20,000 nt of DNA from Chiloscyllium plagiosum (taxonomy: Eukaryota), in NCBI RefSeq assembly GCF_004010195.1, contig NC_057719.1:36918092-36938091 (forward strand). The letters run 5' to 3'. This document shows positions 10,518 through 20,000 of the stretch, in pieces (within the stretch, counting starts at the first letter, position 1; every line of letters starts with the position of its first letter). The notes beneath the pieces are model-generated. The model saw only the letters and a program-made list of their open reading frames with translations, did not search any database and was not told the DNA's origin. The translations under genes and the position numbers were made by a program.

Positions 10518-10661
10518 TGAAACACAAGTAGAAAGTGCTAGAAAAACTCAGTGAGTCTGGCAGCATCTGTGGAGAGGGAAGCTGGCTTAATGTTTTAAGT
10601 TGAGTTTCTTCAGCACTCTGTTTGTGTTTCAGATTTCCAGCATCCACAGTTCTTTGGTTTT
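10518..10661 (-). mobile_element. Older Penelope-related fold-back remnant with a degenerate hammerhead
   Basis: Shares the GTGCTxGAAAA...GGCAGCATC and TCCAGCATCxxCAG blocks with the other PLE ends. The minus strand has CTGAAGA...AAAACATT. Residual inverted ends TGAAACACAA...AGTGCT / AGCACT...TTGTGTTTCA. Degenerate flanking direct repeat at 10505-10520 and 10662-10677 (13/16). Confidence 0.6.
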
Positions 10662-11203
10662 ATAAACAGATGGCTGAGCTGGTTTAATAAGAATGGATGA
10701 AAGCAAAAGGGAAAAACCTGAAACAGTTAGCTATGGATCTCACATAGGGTTAGCCTTTCAACATTGTATAATGCAGAATAGCGCTGTTTGCAGTAGCTAA
10801 TCCACTGTGCTGCTTTTGAAGACTTTTCCAACTTTTATAATGCCATTTGTCAGAAGCAATAACCTGCCAACCGTATTACTTAATGTTATATTTTCTAATC
10901 GCAACACTATCATCACTCCCTTGAGTGAACATAATTATAACTCAGGTGACAGAAATTCATAATGAACTTTAAAGGAGTAAACACTATTTTGTACTCTTGT
11001 TGCCTTCAGACAATGGTTCATGAATCTACTCACAGGTATGATTTAAGAGAGGATTTCAAATCCCAACTGTTTCCATGAAAATTCTATTAATTTTTTATTG
11101 CCTGTTTCTACAATAATGCTCACAACTTGTGAACTGTGGGGATAGAGTCAGAAACAGAGAAGGGGTTTGCTTTTGTTGTCTCGGTAGACTTCTTTTAGAA
11201 GAA

Positions 11204-11397
11204 GGTTGAAACTTTATTGCTGGAACAGCACAGCAGGTCAGGCAGCATCCAGGGAACAGGAGATTCGACGTTTCGGGCACAGGCCCTTCTTCAGGAACGT
11301 CGAATCTCCTGTTCCCTGGATGCTGCCTGACCTGCTGTGCTGTTCCAGCAATAAAGTTTCAACTTTGATCTCCAGCATCTGCAGACCTCACTTTCTC
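11204..11397 (-). mobile_element. Young Penelope-derived fold-back mini-element with an intact hammerhead core
   Basis: Perfect 68-bp inverted arms at 11205-11272 and 11296-11363, a 23-nt loop and a ~35-nt unpaired tail at 11364-11397. TSD CTTTTAGAAGAA at 11192-11203 and 11398-11409. Confidence 0.9.
11263..11298 (-). ncRNA. Minimal type I hammerhead ribozyme motif (intact consensus)
   Basis: The minus strand reads GUUC-CUGAAGA-A-GGGC-CUGU-GCCC-GAAAC-GUC-GAAU. This gives the CUGANGA and GAAA core, a 4-bp stem II, stem I GUUC/GAAU, a GUC cleavage triplet, and stem III reduced to the palindrome ACGU. Confidence 0.8.
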
Positions 11398-11449
11398 CTT
11401 TTAGAAGAACCCAGCTCTGTTTGGTTCCACAAAATCCCAACCCAGATAT

Positions 11450-11990
11450 CAGGAAGACTCCTCTCACTCCACTTGCAATGGCATGCATTCTGATCTCCTG
11501 CTGATCTCCATGGCCACCACCCTGACTAAAGCAGCCACGAATGCCAACTACCAGAGGGCCAACCTAACTTCTGCTGTTGTCTGGAGATACGTGCTGTCTT
11601 TTCCTACTGGGAACACTATCTGAGGGGGATGGTTGTGAGGGATGGATGTGAGATGACAGCAAGATTGAAGGTGAGTGTCAATAATGGTTGTTCATGACGG
11701 ATCTGAGGAGGTGCCTGGAGAGAGAATCTTGTGAAGCTGCAAAATGTGTTGATCTGGTGATGTCAGACTGAGAAGTTTGCACTTGAACATGGAATGCCAT
11801 TTGCCTGTCCTCATGAGGTCATTGAACTACTGGGGGCTCTGTATCCCCAAGTGAGGCACAAAACTCCTGCTTCTCGCCTTTACAGCCATGTTTGCTTTGT
11901 TTCAGAGATGGCCTCTTCCTCCTGTTTGCTGAGAATGATATTTTTCTTTGGGGCCGCATTACCTTCAGCATCACACGGAGGAATGCTTCA
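11450..11990 (-). mobile_element. Decayed Myb/SANT-like DNA-binding ORF of a PIF/Harbinger transposon (two putative exons)
   Basis: The minus strand at 11990-11795 gives LRVMLKVMRPQRKISFSANRRKRPS..TKQTWL..RSFVP..FNDLMRTGK, like the Myb/SANT 'W..A..RT..QC.K.FNDL' motif. A second block after an AG near 11607 gives EKTAR...AMEISR...AIASG. Confidence 0.6.
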
Positions 11991-12475
11991 GAGAATTGGG
12001 GGTGGGGGGGAGGAAGATGGGGGAGTATTGTCTTCCCTCCTTGAGATTTCTACAATAAATTAATAGTGTCTCAGTCACCAGTTATGGCACACATCAATCC
12101 TGTCTTTCACCAGGATCCCTTTAAATGGTGACTTCCACAGTCAGGTCAAGAGTGTTACATCTGCTTCCTCCAATACTCAGGAAAACTAGAATGGGTTCCG
12201 AATGTATGAATTAATGAATCACAGAAAAAATGGCTCTACAAAAGTTTAGCTTTCTGACCTCCAACCAGTCTACCCCACAAAATTTTGAACCATTAAAATT
12301 TAGTCCTCTGACCTGGTGAATGGTAGTATACCTCCCTGTCAGTGGGTTTAGTATTCAATGATGCACATGCTTCTCTATGGAAACTAAGTTCTAGCAAACA
12401 TTAACATATCCCTGGACTGGGATTGATTCCAAACATTCCTAAGGGTCTATATTTAGTGGAAATGTAACGAGCATT

Positions 12476-12589
12476 AATTTGATGTGCGTTGCCAGGCTGA
12501 ACTGATTATTTTCAACAAAGGGCCTTTAAGAACGAAGGAAAAGCTGAAAGAAAAGCCATGACAGATTAACAACTACCTATCCAAAGATA
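12476..12589. repeat. 114-bp direct repeat, copy 1
   Basis: Ungapped match to 13545-13658 with 5 mismatches. Confidence 0.95.
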
Positions 12590-13544
12590 GCTCAAATAAT
12601 ATAATGTTGAGTTTCTGATACAAACACAATGGTCAACAGCAGGAAAATACTGTATCTATTAAATTGTATCTTTACATAATTCTTCCAGGTTTGTACTATC
12701 GTTCAGAATAGAGTGATTTCTGTTTGGAGTGTTTGTCATAAATAAGGAAGCAAAACCTAGAGGGGAATACTAACCTCCAAAAAATGGATTGATTTGGGTT
12801 GGCTGAGGTGTTGAAAATCTCAACTTTGAATCCAACCTTCCAACTTGCGGTGTCAATGGAGAAGGAGGTCCCCTGAATCATAACAGACAACACATTACTG
12901 CCCTCCCCCCTCCAAACTCTATCCAATACTCTATCCAATCCCTCCTTCCATCCTTCCTCTCCAGAAGCTGCAGCTTCCAATCCTTCTGTTCCTTTTTCCT
13001 TCCAATTTCTCTCACTGACCCTTCTCCTGACATTTTGGTCAAATCTCCAATCCTAAACCACATCCTCCCACCAGCTTCCTGTTTGCAGTCTGCTGCCAAA
13101 AGCCCATCTCACTGACAAAGAGCCAGCCACTCTGAGTGGCTGGGAAACAGAGACAAAAATTCGAGAAACAGGTCTTGCTATTAAATTTGTCAGGATCTAA
13201 GGGAAACTCATTTTAGTGGGTCTCACAAAACAAGACCTTTCACAACTTTCTACCTTTGAGGTAAAATTGAGGCCTGAGTGTACATTGATGTGGAGCAAAG
13301 TAGCCTGCTGTATGTTAGAACTTTAGGGAAAGAAATAATCCATTTATATTAACTTCAAAAATAGACATGGAAGCATAATGCATCCCTATATCATTAAGTT
13401 TGTCAATTTAATTTTGATTAAGTACTGATTGGCTGCAAGTAGTTTTATATAAAACAATTAGCCAACGGAAAACCTGTAGGAATTATTTTTAAAACTGTGT
13501 ACGGACTGAGATATCATATTTGTGGCACACGTGCAATTTATGAA

Positions 13545-13658
13545 AATTTGATTTGAGTTGCCAGGCTGAACTGATTATTTTCAACAAAGGGCCTTTAAGA
13601 GCAAAGGAAAAGCTGAAAGAAATGCCATGACAGATTAACAACTACCTATCCAAAGATA
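13545..13658. repeat. 114-bp direct repeat, copy 2
   Basis: Ungapped match to 12476-12589, offset 1069 bp. Confidence 0.95.
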
Positions 13659-13715
13659 CCTTTTGAAAGAGGTATATTTTACTATGTAGATTTAAACATT
13701 TGAATGAGAGAATCT

Positions 13716-13780
13716 ATAATCATAGAATTCCTATAGTGTGGAAGCTGGCCAGTTGGCCCATCGAGTTTACATTGACCCTC
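13716..13780 (-). mobile_element. Short SINE/CR1-type 3' tail fragment
   Basis: CATAGAATTCCTATAGTGTGGAAGCTGGCCAGTTGGCCCATCGAG resembles the SINE 3' end at 423-480. Confidence 0.6.
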
Positions 13781-14125
13781 CTATACCAAGTTGCAGTACA
13801 AGGAGTATCTCAGGCAATCAGGATGGTGACAGCTGAGGTATTGACTTTCCTAGACACAGTGATCTGATGGATGGCATCATATCTCCTGTCCTGGCATCAT
13901 TTTACTTTGGGTTTATCTGCCAGTGGCTTTGCTGCGTGATGATAAACGCACATCATTGTTCAATTTCTGTAGCTCAAATTCCCTCCTCCTGCTGGTGAAA
14001 TGTTCCAGTCCTATAAATAGGAATGGACATGTCAGATAAATAAAAATTGCATTTATTGAATTACAAGCTTCAAGTAGACTCAAAGCCAAAGCCTAAAGGT
14101 GAATAATCTTCCAATTATCTCTAAA

Positions 14126-15579
14126 ATGGTCTGCATCCCAGGGTACTGAAGGAGGTGGCTCGGGAAATCGTGGATGCGTTGGTGATTATTTTCCAGAGTT
14201 CAATAGATTCGGGGTCGGTTCCTGAGGATTGGAGGGTGGCTAATGTTATACCACTTTTTAAGAAAGGTGGGCGAGAAAAAGCAGGAAATTATAGACCAGT
14301 TAGTCTGACCTCAGTGATGGGAAAGATGCTGGAGTCTATTANNNNNNNNNNNNNNNNNNNNNNNNNNNNNNNNNNNNNNNNNNNNNNNNNNNNNNNNNNN
14401 NNNNNNNNNNNNNNNNNNNNNNNNNNNNNNNNNNNNNNNNNNNNNNNNNNNNNNNNNNNNNNNNNNNNNNNNNNNNNNNNNNNNNNNNNNNNNNNNNNNN
14501 NNNNNNNNNNNNNNNNNNNNNNNNNNNNNNNNNNNNNNNNNNNNNNNNNNNNNNNNNNNNNNNNNNNNNNNNNNNNNNNNNNNNNNNNNNNNNNNNNNNN
14601 NNNNNNNNNNNNNNNNNNNNNNNNNNNNNNNNNNNNNNNNNNNNNNNNNNNNNNNNNNNNNNNNNNNNNNNNNNNNNNNNNNNNNNNNNNNNNNNNNNNN
14701 NNNNNNNNNNNNNNNNNNNNNNNNNNNNNNNNNNNNNNNNNNNNNNNNNNNNNNNNNNNNNNNNNNNNNNNNNNNNNNNNNNNNNNNNNNNNNNNNNNNN
14801 NNNNNNNNNNNNNNNNNNNNNNNNNNNNNNNNNNNNNNNNNNNNNNNNNNNNNNNNNNNNNNNNNNNNNNNNNNNNNNNNNNGTTCATAGCTCCTTGAAA
14901 GTGGAGTCGCAGGTAGATAGGATAGTGAAGAAGGTGTTTGGTATGCTTTCCTTTATTGGTCAGAGTATTGAGTACAGGAGTTGGGAGGTCATGTTGCGGC
15001 TGTACAGGACATTGGTCAGGCCACTGTTGGAATATTGCGTGCAATTCTGGTCTCCTTCCTATCAGAAAGATGTGAAACTTTAAAGGATTCAGAAAAGATT
15101 TACAAGGATGTTGCCAGGGTTGGAGAATTTGAGCCATAGAAAGAGGTTGAACAGGCTGGGGCTGTTTTCCCTGGAGCATCAGAGGCTGAGGGGTGATCTT
15201 ATAGAGGTTCACAAAATTATGAGGGGCATGGATAGGGTAAATAGGCAAAGTCTTTTTCCTGGGGTTGGGGAGTCCAGAAGTAGAGAGCATAGGTTTAGGG
15301 TGAGAGGGGAAAGATATAAAAGAGACCTAAGGGGCAACTTTTTCACGCACAGGGTGGTCCGTATATGGAATGAGCTGTCAGAGGAAGTGGTGGAGGTTGG
15401 TACAATTGCAACATTGAAAAGGCATTTGGATGGGTATATGAATAGGAAGAGTTTGGAGGGATATGGGCTAGGTGCTGGCAGGTGGGACTAGATTGGGTTA
15501 GGATATCTGGTCGGCATGGACAGGTTGGACCGAAGAGTCTGCTTCCATGCTGTACATTTCTATGACTCTATGATTCTAT
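14126..15579 (+). mobile_element. CR1 LINE ORF2 (RT) and 3' UTR spanning an assembly gap
   Basis: GLHPRVLKEVAREIVDALVIIFQSS..VPEDWRVANVIPLFKKGGREKAGNYRPVSLTSV lies before the gap. After it come KVESQVDRIVKK..LVRPLLEYCVQFWSP and LFSLEHQRLRGDLIEV, then a (CTATGA/T)n-type tail at 15559-15579. The two sides of the gap need not be the same copy. Confidence 0.93.
14342..14882. other. Assembly gap (541 N)
   Basis: Run of N. Confidence 1.
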
Positions 15580-15599
15580 ACATTTATAATCTGGACAAC

Positions 15600-16515
15600 A
15601 GAACTGATGACATAAAGATAGGTGGAGAGACAGGTAGTGTTGAGGAAGTGGAGAGCTCCAGAAAGGCCTGGATAGACTAGGAGAGTGGCAAAGAGGTGTC
15701 AAACAGAATACTCTGTGGGAAAATGTGAGGTTAAGCACTTTGATAGGAAGAATGGAGCCATGGACTATTTTCTAAATGGGGAAAGGCTTCAGATGTCTGA
15801 AGCACAAATGGATTTAGCTGTCCTAATTTAGGATTCACTTAAGGTTATCATACAAGTTCAGTTTGCAATTAGGAAGGCAAATGTAGTGTTAGCATTTATT
15901 TGAATACAAGAGCAGAGAGGTACTGCTGAGGCTATGTAAGGCTCTAGTCAGACTGCATTTTGAATTTTGTGAGCAAGGTTTGGCCCCATATTTAAGGAGA
16001 TATGTGCTGGAGTTGGAGTGGGAGTCCAGAGGAGGTTTGCAAGAATAATCCCGGGATCAAGGGCTTGTCATATGAGGAGTGGTTGAGGACTCTGTGTCTG
16101 TACTTAACAGAGTTTTGAAGGATGAGGAGGGATCTGATTGAAATTTACAGAATACTGAGAGGCCTTGATAGAGTGGACATGGAGAAGATGTTTGTTTCCA
16201 CAAGTAGGAGAGACTAGGGCCTTAGGGCGCAGCCTCAGATTGAAGGGATGACTCTTTTAAATCAAACGAGGAGCAATTTCTGCACGGGGAGGGTACTGAA
16301 TCTGTGGAATGCATTGATGCAGAGGGCTGTGGAGGCCAAGTCATTGAGTGTATTTAAGACAGAGATAAATGGGTTCTTGATTGGTCAGGGGATCAAAGGT
16401 TATGGGAAGTAGGCAAAAGAATGGGGTTGAGGAACATATCAGCCATGATTGAATTGAGGAGCAGACTCAATGGGCTGAATGGTGTAATTCTGTTGTTATA
16501 TCTTATGATCTTATG
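15600..16515 (+). mobile_element. Older, 5'-truncated CR1 LINE
   Basis: DDIKIGGETGSVEE, IRKANVVLAFI, KALVRLH, GIKGLSYEEWLRTLCLY and RRDLIEIYRILRGLDRVD, ending in a TCTTATGATCTTATG tail. Confidence 0.85.
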
Positions 16516-16519
16516 AGTG

Positions 16520-16640
16520 CCATTCCAATAACACTACCACATCAAGCACCCTGCTTGATGCTACATCCACTGCCTTTATTATTCACACCCTTTACTGCTA
16601 TACAATGACAGCAGAGCACCATCTATAACATGCACTGGTA
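16520..16640 (+). mobile_element. Old LINE (L2/CR1-like) ORF2 3' fragment
   Basis: ATTCACACCCT...GCAGAGCACCATCTATAACATGCACTG resembles the 'IHSLHHR..VAAVCTIYKMHC' region of shark LINEs. Recognised from memory. Confidence 0.4.
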
Positions 16641-16681
16641 TCATTGTATGGTGTCTCTCCATCTTAACAATCTGGTTCAAT

Positions 16682-16945
16682 GAGTCTAGAGGTATACAGC
16701 ATGGAAACAGACCCTTCAGTCCAACTCATCCATGCTGACCAGATATCCCAACCCAATCTCGTCCCACCTGCTAGCACCCGACCCATATCCTTTCAAACCT
16801 TTCGTATTCGTAAACCCATCCAGATGCCTTTTAAATGCTGTAATTGTACCAGCCTCCACCATTTCCTCTGGCAGCTCATTCCATACACGTACCACTCTCT
16901 GTGTGAAAAAGTTGCCCCTTAGGTCTTTTTTATATCTTTTCCCCC
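16682..16945 (-). mobile_element. CR1 LINE 3' end fragment
   Basis: RYKKDLRGNFFTQRVVRVWNELPEEMVEAGTITAFKRHLD plus a 3' UTR matching 15310-15570. Confidence 0.9.
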
Positions 16946-19043
16946 ATATGATCAAATCCACTTTTGTCTTCCTGATCTTTGTATCATCCCCTTCCTTCAT
17001 GTGCAATGAAGTTATTTCAATAGAGTTGGCTGAGCTCCTTCCCTTTTTTTTGATGTTTCATTTTATAATAAACAGGTGAACATTTGAAAATTGTCAAATA
17101 TGGCACATGTGCAAATAGAAAGTTGAATCCCCTCACTGAAAATTATAGGTGGATTGCTTGATGGATCAGTTGTAAAGTAGATGACAACATAGCAAATCTT
17201 AATTTCAAGATTGTTGTTAGGTTACTGACTTCTCCAGCAGCTACAAGCACACAGCCAATTACTGTGAACTTAAAATGGGACAATTCTGTGATCAGGCTTC
17301 AGTGATTATGGATCATTAGTGGGTGACTAAAGAGACTCATTAACATTAGAGCCTAGGTCACTGGTTCCACTGCTGGATAACAGGGTTGCATATATTTAGG
17401 CAAAGCTATTTGCACTCTATATATAGGGATATCCATGATATAGGCTGTACCTCTATCTGCACATGACTAAAATTGCCTGGGATGTGGAGCAAGCTCTCCT
17501 GTATTCAACCTGTGTTTGTTATTGCTTCAGCTAGCCCTCTATTAAGCACAAGCAAGTGCTGCACCATATTACTTTTCACGGGTTATTCATTAAACACAAA
17601 ACACTCTCAGTGTTGACACAGCTCTGACTAGTTTTATGGCTCTTACTGCTGACATGGAAAATAATCATATTTCTGTTCTTACTGACTTGAATAATGCACC
17701 AGGAAAGTAATTCAAACATTTAAAAGCAATCTCAGTTTATGCCTTTGAAATGAATTAAAATACATAATGTATCCTGGCATTACATTCATCTTCACAACAT
17801 GTAGCTTGGTATACACCATTCATTTCTGCTTCTTGTACATGCCAACAACAAAAAAAAGATTCACAGGTTCAAAAATAGTCAGTCAATGCAGCTGCCAGAA
17901 TGCTAACAACTGAAAAGAATTATAACTTTAGATCCATTGCATGAGAAAATGAGCAATGACATTAGGTGCAAAGGATGATAGGCTTGCATTGCAATACAAA
18001 TTGTGAGCTATATTCAATAAATTGCAGATAATTAAAACATAAGCAATGGTTTGCATCTGTGATGGAATTAAATATTTTTGGAAGTTGGATGAATGCTTAA
18101 AGGATGAGGTTTATCTTTTGTGGGGTAGAATTTGAGATAGCCTTCTCTCCAAGCACTAGAAGATGCAACCTTTAGACAATTTACATCGTGCAATTCTCAT
18201 GTTTTGGAGTTCAGTGTCACTCTTTCATCATCAAAGAAAGATGAATCTTGGAAACAATATTGCTTTTTCAGTATATAAACAAATGTCGATCTAAGAAATA
18301 CTTTTCAACTTCTGTATTCTTGGTGACAGTGCCTGTTTAACAGGGTTAATAATGGAAAGAATCATTAATGAATAACATATTAACCAAATGTTTCCATTCA
18401 ATGCTACTGAAGGCTTTCTAAGCATGCTAGGAAATGGTGAAATACATTTTGTAAGACACAAAATGCAACAAGGGCAGAGCACGTTTCGAACCAAATATCT
18501 GAAGCATAGCAGTCCATTGGTACTTCCATCCAAATTGAAACAGCTCAAACCTGCAGGCCAAGGTGTAGTTGGTATCCTAGCAACAATGGCAGGGAAACTT
18601 AAGCAGTTAAATTTATTTCCCCTCAAGCACCATGTAATTAAAATATATATGTTTTCTAAAGAATATATGTAATTGAATAGCCTTGGAACTAGATTCTTAA
18701 AAATGTAACTGTGCAATTCATGTTTAACCAGCAATGAACCCCTTTGTAACATGAAACTAGTAAGTTCCAATGCAGCCATGTCATTTTACATGGTGTTAAC
18801 AATAGCCTCCTTTATTCAGGGATATCCTGCTGTTAAAAGCAATTTGATTGAAGTCCAGTGTTTAAATCTACATTTTATGATGCAAGTTCTTGGTAGAGAT
18901 TAAATTCCTGCAGGTTATTGAGGGTCAGAAAGCAACATACATGCAGGAGTTGTTTCTGATGTAAACTTTATGGTGTGTAAAGTACACACAATAAAAAAAC
19001 ACGCCTGAATAGACTAAGTACAATGTGGTTAGGTCAGACTTCA

Positions 19044-19292
19044 GGTAAAAACAATGACTGCAGATGCTGGAAACCAGATTCTGGATTAGTGGTGCTGGAA
19101 AAGCACAGCAGTTCAGGCAGCATCCGAGGAGCAGGAAAATCGACGTTTCGGGCAAAAGCGAATAAAGGCAGAGAGCCTGAAGGGTGGAGAGATAAGCTAG
19201 AGGAGGGTGGGGGTGGGGAGAAAGTAGCATAGAGTACAATAGGTGAGTGGGGGAGGGAATGGAGGTGATAGGTCAAGGAGGAGGGTGGAGTG
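19044..19292 (-). mobile_element. Penelope-like element 3' end with the hammerhead core deleted
   Basis: The reverse complement matches 5030-5250 (C-rich UTR, GCCCGAAACGTCGATTTTCCTGCTCCTCGGATGCTGCCTGA). It continues into the terminal TCCAGCATCTGCAG tail. Confidence 0.85.
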
Positions 19293-19863
19293 TGTGAGAA
19301 ACAAAAGCTCACTCACTTTAATAATTTCAGTCCGAGACAAATATCTGAATCCGCCATTTATTTATACACCGGGTGCCTTGTCTAATTACCAGGTAAGGTA
19401 ATTACAGAATGCACACTATATCCAAAAAACCCTCGCAATTTAATCCCCATATTTTTCCTTATTCCATTGTCTGTTCCCTGCTTCGCTTACGTCACTCATT
19501 TCCTTAAGACTTATCCCACAACTTCTGTTTATCCTGTCTTGTCCGTGACAAACTCTTATCTCTGACTCCCATAAGGGTGTTTGACGTCAGTCTATTGTAG
19601 ATTATTGATTAGGCATATCTTTTCTTCTATCAGCATCTATTTCCATCCAGAGGCCACTTTGACCTCTTTGATTAGGGCTTGTTCCTGTGTCTCCGAGTAG
19701 GGGAAACAGAGGCTTTCCTGTTTGCCCATATATCCACCATTGTTCTATATTCACGTCTCATGCTAACATATCCTTTCTTTTTGCTGAATATATATTTTCT
19801 CATTCCTGTTCTGTATCAGAATTTATACTTGCAGAAATAACATTAATTCATTTATATCCCACA
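19293..19863 (-). mobile_element. Candidate solo LTR (571 bp)
   Basis: Starts TGTG and ends CACA, with imperfect terminal inverted repeats (TGTGAGAAACAAA vs TGTGGGATATAAA, 10/13). Minus-strand AATAAA at 19357-19362. CRE sites at 19582-19589 and 19487-19494. No TSD seen. Confidence 0.55.
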
Positions 19864-19884
19864 ATAGAGCTCTCAAGGAATGTG

Positions 19885-20000
19885 GAATCAAGGGTTATGG
19901 GGATAAGGCAGGAACAGGATACTGATTGAGGATGATCAGCCATGATCATATTGAATGGCAGTGCAGGCTCGAAGGGCAGAATGGCCTACTCCTGCACCTA
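19885..20000 (+). mobile_element. CR1 LINE 3' UTR fragment (runs off the window)
   Basis: ATCAAGGGTTATGGGG...GATCAGCCATGATCATATTGAATGGC..GCAGGCTCGAAGGGCAGAATGGCCTACTCCTGC matches 16390-16495. Confidence 0.85.

Noticed and set aside
11095..11493. Opposing ORFs sharing KLYCWNSTAGQAASREQEIRR
   Set aside because: A consequence of the DNA palindrome, with no evidence of coding.
14155..15290. 247-aa and 333-aa ORFs
   Set aside because: Their length is an artefact of reading through the N gap. The flanks are CR1 ORF2 or its antisense.
1..20000. CRISPR array or prokaryotic operon
   Set aside because: No repeat-spacer array and no gene-dense coding. The content is vertebrate retroelement-rich DNA.

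Overview
Eukaryotic, repeat-dominated, intron-like or intergenic DNA. The repeat set (HE1/V-SINE-type tRNA SINEs, HER1-like CR1 LINEs, Penelope 3' ends) points to a cartilaginous fish, probably a shark (inference). No intact host gene is recognisable and nearly all listed ORFs are retroelement fragments. The window holds about 8 decayed CR1 LINE pieces, 3 SINE copies or fragments, L2-like fragments, a fossil Ty3/Gypsy pol (protease + RT), fossil PIF/Harbinger transposase and Myb/SANT-like ORFs, a candidate solo LTR, a 114-bp direct-repeat pair and a 541-nt assembly gap. The most notable signal is five Penelope-like (PLE) derived segments carrying a minimal type I hammerhead ribozyme motif or its remnant. 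Two of them, possibly three, are compact 140-200-bp TSD-flanked fold-back elements with the hammerhead core in the hairpin loop. The copy at 11204-11397 has perfect 68-bp arms and an intact catalytic core. All family names come from motif recognition by eye, not from database searches.
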